Assembly (NCBI GenBank): GCA_976226885.1
Contig: OZ320313.1
Span: 147,188,001 to 147,252,000, forward strand
DNA length: 64,000 nt
Direction of reading: 5' to 3'
DNA from: Iphione sp. A-MEVVRFRX5
Taxonomy: Eukaryota
Shown here: positions 26,501 through 37,083 of the stretch, one piece after another
How positions within the stretch are numbered: position 1 is the first letter of the stretch
Layout: each line of letters opens with the position of its first letter
Program-made: the position numbers and the translations under genes
The notes under the pieces: model-generated
The model's database searches: none
What the model was told of the DNA's origin: nothing
What the model saw: the letters and a program-made list of their open reading frames with translations, nothing else

Positions 26501-28550
26501 ACAGTGGGCCTGTGCGGCGGTGGCGGTCCGCTCAAAATCACCGCGCCCACTTGAGTATACATGGCACAAGGCTACACGGGAGAGTAATGCTTTAGCACGA
26601 CTCTTCTCCACGCTCGGTATCAAGCACTCGGGCACCTCGCTTTCACACTCCGAGACCACAATTGGTGCATGCACTACTCTGAGGCTAGTTGTGCAAGACT
26701 GCCAAATTTGTCCACATCAAGTCGACTTCTACATTATATCGCATCTCTCCACACGCCTCCAAAGGTACGGTCCTTTAGACGTATCAACAGTACGTATGCT
26801 TCATCCGCTCATCACTGGGAAAAGGGAGGGCCATTTAAACTGTGCACCTCGAAATGCTGAAGACTAATAAGCAGTATGTATGTCTGTAGTAAAAACTAAT
26901 TTTTCATCACTTCATTCTACCTAGCAATTAAATTTTGTTTCGGCAATAAGTAGAGTCAATAAAGCGGAATGAAGTGAAATTTGGACTTAACGTATAGACC
27001 TTGAGACAGCTTATAATAGAAACATGACTAAATGATCCAGATGGCTGCGGTATTTTGACCATGCAAACATTGGATATAGTGTCATTTATTCAGTGCGTAG
27101 GATTTAGGAATTAATATTCATATATCTCAAAAGATATTCAGTCTATTCTAGATGGAACATGCAAGTGTAAAAATGACTAAATGTTCAATATAGCCTTTAC
27201 GACACGATATATTCCGAAACATGTCAGAAGATATAAAATGGCTTTCCCTCTTTGCATGACAGTTGATAAATTCCGAGAACAAAAATAAGATACTTTTAAT
27301 TCAATTGGAAGACCTGCTTTTGCTTGATAAAATTCCTGACACTAATTCTTCTAAACACCACACTCCTACCCGCCAGCCACACGCAAAATACCCCTGGGCG
27401 TCCTTCCCGTCGCCCGCGAGGTATTTTATAAGGTATTCACTGAGCAGTTAACGAGGACGCTTCAATGAAATGCTCTCACTGACATGAATGACAGGAGGTG
27501 GCAGGCCGGAACCACAGGTGTGGGATAGGTGTCTCCTATCTGTCCGGTGATAATGGCATTAGCCCGTCCATCCTTCGGCTTCAGTGGCTGCTCCAAGACA
27601 AACGATTCCGACTGTCTTTCAAGTCTGAGCTACACCCAGTCCCGCCGTCGACTTAACGAGGGATCAGATAACAGGCCCGGCCAGTCCTATGTCATGAAGG
27701 CGACGCCTAAGTCAAAGGGTCTGGGGTCGAAAGGAAGAAGCACAGCGCACATCCAGATCACGGACCTCTCCGGTAGGGGTCAGGGTGTAAAAGTTGCAAA
27801 AGTCGCTGCTTATGTAGAACTGCTCTCAGTTCCTAGCTTAAAGTGCTGTTCATTGGGGTTGAGAGATCCGTGTGCGCTGTTAACTCATCATCCACTCTAG
27901 CTCTGGTCTGCTCTAACTGAGAAGATTCGAAAACTATGAAAACATGTCATTCGCAGATTGCTTTCTGGTCAGTAAATCTGCCAAATGCAAAACGTCACAT
28001 GCACTTACTTCCGGCTAAAGACGAGTTGCAGGTTTTCTAGGCTTCAGAGAGTCACTTTTCAATTCTCCCACATATAAAACTATTGAAAATGATCACAACC
28101 AAATTTACAACGGGTGACCTCCCATATGTCTGCTTTGAGTACACAAAAACACTTCTAGGAATATTCTATCTCTACTTCTGAAATATCCATCGCTGCTATT
28201 GACTTCAATGCTACAGTTTTGTTTGCCTACAGTTACACCTCTCGCTTAATTTCAAAGGTGCTCTCTGCCCAGTCAAAATGTCACATCTTCAAAAGAAAAG
28301 AATCATGGTATCCTGGCACAGTTGAAGCCCTAACAGAAAAAAAATGTTTAAACAAACATTATTTAGGTAAACTCTGTAGTAATCGGAGTTAATGATGATC
28401 AGAAAAAGGACAGCAATAGTATGAAAACTAATTTACATTTGACCATGATATATACTTCCTAATATGAGTCGTCTGAGACAGATTTGTAGAGGTCGTCCAA
28501 GTTAACAGACTGCCGCCATGCATTAATGAACCTCTTTCATGACTCATTGG

Positions 28551-28893
28551 TAAGGCCAAAAAACACAAATGGGTGTGTTTCTGGTAACCCCCCCCCCCTA
28601 CCTAGTAAAACCTCACCCTACCTGAAAGTTTTTGGGCCCCAAAGAGTTTCCAAGGCTGAATTTCCTTAGATACATGTTTTCACAGCACGTTTTTTTTGGT
28701 AAATTCAGTAGAAAAGCAATAAAATCCATGGAAATTCAGCAAAAACTGCAAATTGGTCAAAGTTCTTCATATTATCTTTATTATTATTGAAAACCAGAGA
28801 AAAAAAGTGGAAAGAAAGATTTAAAAAAAAAGATACCCCCCCCTCCATACCTAGGTTTTTGGGTGGTTGTTACCAGAAACACACCTATTTTTT
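28551..28893. mobile_element. MITE of the same family as 48833-49184, in opposite orientation, right TIR tip lost
   Basis: Collinear with the reverse complement of 48833-49184 over its whole length, e.g. ctagtaaaacctcaccctacct, gctgaatttc, aaaaccaga and gatacccccc. Confidence 0.85.
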
Positions 28894-31800
28894 CACCTAA
28901 TTGTCCTGAAAATCATTTACTGATAATATCAGCCGTTAGAAATCAATTTAAATATAACATGACAACTCAGGGCGTCGAATAACGCCAATAACAAAATGTG
29001 ATTTCAAAATCCGGTAACACGCGCCAGGGCGCAAGTCAGTTCGTATTATAACAATCGCCGCAGACAGACATACACAAAGGGACATAGAATTTCAAAGTGA
29101 CTTCGTACCATGGGGTGTGTCACGTTTAGGTTCTGACAGGGGGCAATCATGTGTGGGCCTCGCCTGAAAAGGCTGACCCAAAACGGAAGAACAATAGTAT
29201 TTAACTAGGTATTATTTGTCATTAAGTGACGCATTAAGTTACATGTAAGCAGTACGGCATTTCGAAGGTAATTCTATAAAAGGACACGATTAAATGTTAG
29301 ATAAGTGTTGTTTGCGACATTTGAAGGAAGGATATTGTCAAAGTGTGAATGTATTTGTTGTATTCGATGTTCGTCTCTGGCAGCCTAATGACTGGGAGAC
29401 AATAATCTCAAATTAGCACGAACTATAAAGGTCCACTACAAGGTAACTTTGAAGACAGCATAACAAGAGCACCAAATAAAACTGATTATAATGTCTTACA
29501 GGCACTTTGGTCAAATAAATAATCAAATTCACTCTCCTCATGTCCATCTGGAGTGTCTTCAAATGGCCTTGGCTAATTTCTGGACCTTGCTCGCTAATAC
29601 GTGTAAGGCAAAAGATGGAAGTATCCTTTTCTACTTGAAGTTCAGGCCATTAGGTCACTGCCTTAGAGGAATGTGGTGTTGGACTTTGCAGCAATGTTAG
29701 AATGTCTTTTTTTCTGAGAGCACTCTAGCTGTTAGGCCCTCTACATATTCAACTATTGTTGTCCAAGTCAACAACGGCTCTTGCCTACCCACGAAGTGGT
29801 GGGTTTCCCACGTCCGTATGTTTCAACGCGGTCTGAGGTTATTCCAGTGTTCACCAGTGTTCACACCGGAAGTAGCTTCCATCCTCCTTCCGCCCACTAT
29901 ACACTCCTGCCTTGTAAATGGCTTTTTATCAGTAATGTGGGGAGTTCATGAGCGAATCCCACTGGTATGGAACTAACAAAAAGAAGGAAGCGGCGTTGTG
30001 AGGGGAAACGCGGTCATTAAGTTGTACTACTTAGGATGTAACCTGTATATGACCTAAACTTTTAAGCTCTCCTTGGTCCACCAAGCGAAGTATTCGAATT
30101 GCAGTGGTTATTCAAAATGTATAAGACATACTCACTGTTGCTTTCAGGAAAGAAATGCTTCTTGGGTCGATTACTTAAGCTGGAGGTCCATAAGTTTCCT
30201 TTATTAGTAAAAATATCAGGATTGTCCATTCACACCATTACGAATGAATGTACAAAAACCAATACAAAAAAGCATACGCTTCATGCGGAAGGACGCGGTA
30301 AAGTAACTTTACTTTTAACTTCGATTGCATATGTGTACATGTACTTAAAAAAACATACTTTAATCATTTTGATTTAAGTGACATTTTACTGGAGACACGA
30401 AAGGAAAAAAGATTCCTTCTTCATTACAAACTGAAATGGAATTTGAAAGCATGACAGTTCAACAATGTTACCTTCCAAGAAGGATACTGAGTATGACTGT
30501 CACATGAAACTACTTCTACGTCACCGTGCTCACCAACCCACGGTCCTCTACTTCTGCTCTCTCTATATCACGTTTCCCCCTCGATACCTATTCATTACCC
30601 TAACCCTCCCCTGTCCTTTTCCCGCCGTCAAACGGTATCAACTAACAGCATACCGTACAAGTTACTGACGACTGATCTGTCGTTTCCTATCGACAAGAAG
30701 CGACTTTTCATACAAAGCTCAATACTGACAATCGATACCATATCGTTTTGTTACTTTGGCATAAGGTTCTACGCGCAATTATGTAGCTGTTAGTGAAATT
30801 ATTGTTAGCGCTTATTCAATAATGACTGTATCATACTTTATTGTAATTTGATTATTTACTCTTAAATTGATTAGTTTTAGTGTAGACTGTAAACAATTTC
30901 CGTTAAATGAAAAGCGTTCTAAAATTTTTTTTCACTTGCTAAAATATTAGAATAAATATGCATATCCGTTGCTCGATCTGATGACTAAGTCGGAAACAAC
31001 GTATAAAAGGCACATATGCACAGAGTACCGTGTCATAGAAAAATAATCATTGTACAGCAGATTAGTAGGTTGACCGGTGATTCCTTTCGAAATACACCGA
31101 CATAGGAAGTGGAAATAGAACTGAAATGACAAGGTTATCTTAGTCATATCTGCAACTTCACTTCAGCTGCAGATGCAAATTAGCCCAGTCATTATCGGCA
31201 AACTCTACTCTAGAGAGAAAGCCATCAATAATGGATCAAAAGTTCTATTGTACATTCCAAACAGCGTCGAGCAGAACAATTCAATAGCAAACAGATATGC
31301 ACCGTTTGCATTTCACACGGCAACTGGCGGAGGCTATAACTAAATTGGATATAATCAAATTATCTACTTCGGCGGGGGTACCAGCGGTAAAGGGTCCCAA
31401 ACGAGAGCGTATTTTGACGTCAGACGTCTCGACAGACACTATCCTCGGGAGAAAAACATCCAAGGAGGCATATGATGTATTCTAAAGGGATTACATAGTT
31501 GACCTCGGAGGCCCCCGAAAAGGGGATTATCTGGCGACACGGGAAGAAGGAACAACACACGGGGAACTAGGGCCGAACACAAGATGACGATCGACCGTAA
31601 TAATACTTGATCGTCAGAAAATAACAGAGGTCTTCTGCCTAGAACCCAGAGGGTCCAAATGAAGTGGGCGGACTATAATAACATTGGGCGCCTGTGGTAC
31701 TGCGGCGCTCCCGCAAACCGCAGCGGGAATGTGGACGTCGTCATGTTCAGCTGTCAACCTTGCCACGGTTCCCCGAGGCCCCTCGTCTTGGTCTGAGCTG

Positions 31801-32514
31801 GCACATCGGACTAGAAAGACAACAGGCCTCCGCGATGCTTTACGGCACTTATATGTAGCGAATACATGATTAGACGAACCTATAGGGGGAATAGCTTCTT
31901 TCTGGGGCCCTCAGGTGATCTCATATCAGACGAGGTTTTGCTTCGTGAGGTCGTCCTTAAGTGACCCCCGCTGTCTATTTCATTTTGCTGCCTCTCTTGC
32001 AGATGAAAATATGGGATCCGTTTTTACTTATGCGCGCATGTGCAACTGTATACGCCACGTGGTTAATGAGTTACATTTAAATCTACCGTACGTATCAGAC
32101 GCCCCACTGCAAATACATACATCAAGAGGATACCTAGTAATGTCCATGGGTTTTAAACATGGAACAAAGCATTTACCTGAAATGCACTGTCGGTGGCAGT
32201 TAATTCTGTTCCACATAGCTAGAGAGAGGATGGCATCTGTACAGGCTAGAAAAACACCACTACTTCGTGCAAACGTTGCTCAGAACCGCCGTAGGCCTAC
32301 TCAGTATTATATACCATATGCATTATATGAATCGTTTTGTTTCAATGATTCGCCGCAAACGGATCCAGCGTACTGCTCACTCTGACGGCAACTAAATGTG
32401 AATGCAAACATTTATGTACAGTTAACATTGTTACTCTTATCATAGCACACCGGGATTTTTAAATATGGTGATCATCCGAACCATCCACGGAGAATGTCAT
32501 TTCAATGGCAACAA

Positions 32515-33035
32515 CCCACAAACAATCGTTTCAAATGGTGAACTGTATGTTTTGTTGAAGTTAATGGATGTATTTAATAACGGAATGGTTTATATACAAA
32601 AAAGGATCCTTTTTAAATGGTGAATCATATTCAGTTAGGTTTACCTTAGCCTATGTTTACTTGCACTGAAAGGTCCTATACAAAAGCAACGTCTCCAGTG
32701 ATCCAGTCTCGTTTTGGACCGCATTACTACAAACTCAACATGGCTATGATGATACTTTAAATGATGTTTTGAAAACATTATTTTGTATGGTCTGAATGAC
32801 GAAGTTTAATTAAAAGCACTGTGAAAATATTATTTGAAAACATTTGAACGAAACTTGATTAAAACGTTTTTGGATAACCTCACCATGTTTCGATCATGTT
32901 TTATGGAAAGAAGTGTTTGGATAATATCTTAAAAATCTTTTAAGATGATTAAAAATAATGTTTTTAAATGCTTTGAAAGATCACAATATCTTGCATATAA
33001 TTACGTAAAGCTTTTAGAACAATGTGTTTGTTGGG
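32515..33035. mobile_element. AT-rich MITE (about 520 bp) with CCCA(N)CAAACA termini
   Basis: The left end cccacaaacaatcgtt and the reverse complement of the right end cccaacaaacacattgtt form an imperfect TIR. The interior is rich in aaaacatt / aatgtttt inverted motifs. Confidence 0.65.
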
Positions 33036-34570
33036 AATAGAACATTGATGCCCTATCCACCATAACACATCCTTCAGGCGTGGGAGTCTCCTTTACCGAC
33101 TCAAAGGCCTATTACAGACCTGTAGATAATAATGGCCGCATATTAATTGTTCTAGGGCCGTCTTCACAGCACTGACCAGACAAAGAACGTGACAATAATA
33201 ATTTAAGTCATCTTATAAGCCGATGGTTGTTGGTTACGGTTAAGTAGGCCAGATGAGGAACAGCGAGTGCACAAATAACACAAAATAACAAGTCGGGGTA
33301 TATATACACAACATATAAATATATATACGTATATTCGTTACAAGATCCCAGACCCCTTCGATGACGACCAACAAGCCATCACCGAGGCTGGCAGACGGGC
33401 GTGCAAACTATGATGGGGGTTGGGGTGGTGGGGGCGACCTGCAATATGGCTTTGCCTTGTGTGCCGGCGGTCCCCCCCCCCCATCAGCTGGGTGTCTCCC
33501 ATGTAACCGCCCGCCAGTCTAACAAATATCCCGATGGCAGCCAAATGTACATCCATGCAGGCGGGGTCAAAGTTCAATGCCTACTGGTCTCTCCATCAGT
33601 GATTTTTTTTCTGGCTCCTCATTTTTCGTCTTTGTACCTAACATCCGATGTTTGGCCAAAGCGGATGTACTATTGCCACCCCGCTCCCCGGAGAGCTCCC
33701 TCTAATATGTTCATGTGTTTACCCGGCATAGCAGGACGATGAACTGAGGCATTGGCGATAGTCCTGCTTCGGTACGCGATCAGAATCCGACCGTGCAAAT
33801 CCAATGTGGAAATATTTACAAAACTGTCCCTCCTCTCACTGGCACACTCATCCGTTCATTCCCCTTTCTATTATTCACACGCATGCATATAATCCTCTAT
33901 CGTTCTCCCGTTATACATACATACCTGCACATTCTAATGGAGCTATGTTATCTTTACAGCTATGTCATGGCAACGCATAAGAAAGGCAAAATGAATAGAT
34001 TTCAACTGCAATACTTTGTTGACTGTAAATATTTTCTGCAACAGTGTAACAAAGTCGGCACCAAAGGAGCCGTGTAACACGTAAGGCCCATAGAAGGTGC
34101 AGGTTTAAGCCTTTGTTCAGCCTTTACACAGCACCTAATGAGGAGAGTTGTTATGGGGATAGACAGTGAAATTAGTTTCAAAGAGAACTGAATATGTATT
34201 GTTAAGTGTACAGAAACTATTACAGTGAGAATTCCTTCTAGTTCTGCATCAAGGAGCTACCGTTTTTGTCAATGTATGAACAGTGATTGAAGTATTTCAC
34301 TGATAAGATGTGTTATGTTAGAATGTTGGGACCCTAAGCCCAGAAGACAATCATGAACAGGGGTTTGGGAATAATCGAAACTTAGTGTAAGAATTCACAC
34401 TTCTCCTTGGGACTGAGTTACGCTAAAATCTCCAGCGCTAAATAAAGTACGATGTAAATTGTTCTATGTCGTATTGAGCCGTTTGACCATGGATGTGTTG
34501 TACCTGTTCCTGGAGATAGCAATAAACATCGTGATCTAAAAGCCACCTATGCGAGTGGTCTCTCTTGTAT

Positions 34571-34576
34571 TTTATT
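34571..34576 (-). promoter_or_regulatory. Candidate polyadenylation signal (AATAAA) for the minus-strand gene
   Basis: tttatt on the + strand, about 480 nt downstream of the predicted stop, with T/GT-rich sequence following on the minus strand. The hexamer is common in AT-rich DNA, so support is weak. Confidence 0.35.
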
Positions 34577-35054
34577 ACAACAGAAGATTTGAATTAAAAA
34601 CTCCCCTATATATTACCAGACAATGTCGGCGAGTCCACATTCGAAAGTTGGAGTGTTACATGTTACATAACATCTCGTGTCGATAGAATCATCTATGTAC
34701 AACACATTGTCACAGACAGGCTTAGACCCGGTCACCAATAAGACGTCGTCCAAAAGGAACAAGAGCGTCTGAAACGAGAGCTAGGCGACAAATGTCGATC
34801 TAATATATGGCAGGTGTAAGGTTAACCAACCCGCAACTCTCGCTTACACAGCCGAACGTATGCTCCCTTCCTGGAAAAGCCAATTTAATCGACCGACTGA
34901 TTTTTGAGATGCGGAAGAACCACGGTTCACTTGGTGGATGTGTGGCTGTTTGACTTTAATTTCTTTGTGTTGGAATGCTCCTTGCTTCCCGATGGCATGA
35001 AGTACACACGTGTGACCAGCAGCGTCACCGCCGCCACGGGCACATTTAATATGA

Positions 35055-35147
35055 TCAATGCGTCCCCCGCCGCCTCCTGCCCCCAGTGTTTATCTCCTGA
35101 GAATTCCGACACGGGACGTCGATCGACATTGATGTTTGTGTCTCCCT
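35055..35147 (-). CDS. Probable terminal coding exon (RETQTSMSIDVPCRNSQEINTGGRRRRGTH*)
   Basis: GC-rich patch 518 nt downstream of the donor. The acceptor ctctactag| at 35148 has a ctaat branch-like motif upstream. Phase-0 joining gives 30 codons plus TGA (35057-35055) and continues the RRxS/T theme (RRGT). An alternative acceptor ttctcag| gives the same frame. The acceptor ttaaag| would give a different frame (HALLEGDT...). Confidence 0.55.
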   Translation of the reverse strand, partial: RETQTSMSIDVPCRNSQEINTGGRRRRGTH

Positions 35148-35665
35148 CTAGTAGAGCGTGCTTTAAGCAGCGGAATGGCATTGTTCAAACAATTAGATTA
35201 AACTTTCATAGAGGAACTGTACGCCACCTAGGGAGGGACCTCTATAGCCTCGTTTTAAATCAACAAACACATATAAATTCTGATGAACGTTAATGTTCAA
35301 TAGAACACTTTTTGTTGTTGAACCTGCTGGTTTACTCGTATGTTGGACCTTATACACAACAAACAACAATACTTTTTAGTATGTGTTAGGCCACTGCGCA
35401 AATATTTTGTATTAATTCTGAAAATGCTGTGATGTTCTCATTGTGCGTTTCTTGAATTAAGTCTACGTCGGATATACGCATTTTGACTAGGGATAAAGGC
35501 AAGTTTATTGGGCCTTCTTTGAGAAGTAAGTTAAAAAAAGAGGGGGCTTATCAAATCGCCTATGAAATACTTCAATGCACATTGCATACGTGAGTGACCA
35601 CGATTTCTCTGGCAGGTGTCGGTGATCGAGATTTTATGTAGTTTGTGAAAACAGGCGCAACTTAC

Positions 35666-36277
35666 CGTGTTGCTGTCGACGCTGTCCATCCGTTTCTGGA
35701 TCTTCTCCTTGTCGCACGCGCGGCTCCAGCGCTTCGAGCCGCGCATGCCGACGCGCGAGCCGTAGCGAGCGGCGATCGGCGGTTCGTCGGGCTGGTATAT
35801 GGCGAACATGCGCGTTAACGTCGGACGCCGCCGGTCGAGTCGCTTGGCGCCGGCGGCGCCGGCTAGGGCTGACAATTCCTGCCGCATGCCGGGCGTGGCG
35901 ATCGACTCGCGCCGGATGCGGCCGTGCTCATCGATGGTGTTCATGCCGATCAGGCTGGGCCGCTGACCGCGCCGCGTCGGCATCGTCAGTGCGGTCGAGT
36001 AGCGGCGCTGCCCGGGGCCCGCCTCGCCCCCACCGCCCGGCCCGCCGCCAGGCGGCTGCAGTGCTGAGTGGTTCTTGGCGAAATTGGACATTATAGCGAC
36101 GACGGAAAGCTTGAGTTCACCTTCGTCCTTGAGTTTTTCGGAGTCTTTTTCTCGGACCGTCCGGTTTCGTCGCCTCTGCCGGCGTCCCCCGTCCATGCCC
36201 GGACTGCCGACGGGCAGCGGTTTGTAGGTAAGACTCGCCTGCTTCCACGAACGCATCCAGTCTAACCGGTGGGGCAT
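35666..36277 (-). CDS. Main coding exon (204 codons, phase 0/0) of an uncharacterised basic, low-complexity protein with several PKA consensus sites
   Basis: Longest ORF in the track (248 aa) and strongly GC/CpG-rich against an AT-rich background. A pyrimidine-rich acceptor (tttttgtttgttt...cttctcttagcatccag|ATG) lies immediately before 36277. A donor ACG|GTAAGT lies at 35665, where the GC-rich composition ends. The exon is 612 nt, exactly 204 codons (MPHRLDW...MDSVDSNT). No family recognised. Confidence 0.85.
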
Positions 36278-36732
36278 CTGGATGCTAAGAGAAGCATCCG
36301 GGAAGCCATATAAACAAACAAAAAATTAAAGAGAACACGGCCTATAAGAGACTACGTTATGACCGCCTGGGCCGACCAACCGTAGATGGCCACTAAGCCC
36401 GAGACGCAACTGAAAAATCCTCCCTAAGAAAAAATGTACGAACCTCAGTACGTCTAACCCATGGTTAATTAGCTGGCACACCGTGAAAGACACGGCCTGT
36501 AGAATTACTTCCAAGTATTTGTAGATTAGATGTTGTTTAGCAGGTCCGCTTCGTCTTCTGCCGAACGGGCACCTATGACGGGGTTTAAATAATTCCTACA
36601 GTGGCAATCCGTAATCTATTTCTCTTTTGTCACGTTTATTGTTGTCCCAGAGAAATCAGCATTTCCCCAGAGCGACATTGTGGTCATAAAGAAAGTGCCA
36701 ACCACCCACTGGCCGCCGGCCACGTCGCTCAC

Positions 36733-36744
36733 CGTGCCCACCAT
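36733..36744 (-). CDS. Probable first coding segment (MVGT) at the 3' end of the leader exon
   Basis: aaaATGG is a strong Kozak context. ATG GTG GGC ACG is followed by the donor GTGAGC at 36732, in phase 0 with the ATG at 36277. An in-frame TAG just upstream closes the frame. The intron would be 36732-36278 (455 nt). Confidence 0.5.
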
Positions 36745-37083
36745 TTTCTACATTCAAGGCACGGCCACTGCCTTCCCGGTGCCTTTCTTTGTTGTTCGTT
36801 GTCGGTGCCGCACGCTCCGTTCCTTGTGTTTCAGCTTCCTTTCCTCTCTTTCTACCTCCATAAGGGCACCGCCATTACGGAGAGAGGAGATCGTGAGCAT
36901 ATTACGAGCAGAACCTAAACGCCCACCGAGCAGCTCTATACCACCACCAACAGAGGTGGTGACAGCGGCGGCGGCACGCGTCCAAGTGCTAACTGTGTTA
37001 AAGCAAGTAAGAAGACGCTCTGATTGCTACAAGTCTCCTGCCACGTTGTGGGCTGACCCAGTAGCTTGACACGTGCCATTTTG
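36733..37083 (-). other. Putative 351-nt 5'UTR exon containing uORFs
   Basis: Strong acceptor ccttctacccccccccctctctgtctgcag| at 37084 and donor GTGAGC at 36732. All three frames contain stops, so the exon is non-coding apart from the last 12 nt and the uORFs. Confidence 0.5.

Noticed and set aside
31281-31463. Minus ORF with LGPFTAGTPAEV..NL..CR resembling the GINS2/Psf2 N-terminus ([20 protein letters not shown])
   Set aside because: The match covers only about 16 residues, the conserved PLWL is absent, the ORF starts at TTG and has no splice context. The similarity is within chance for a by-eye search.
35531-35665. C-terminal 44 codons of the 248-aa ORF (VSCACFHK...)
   Set aside because: They begin at a consensus GTAAGT donor where composition switches to AT-rich, so this is best read as intron read-through.
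34904-36918. + strand ORFs overlapping the gene (34904-35293, 36068-36265, 36601-36918)
   Set aside because: Antisense shadows of GC-rich exons, with no independent coding signal.
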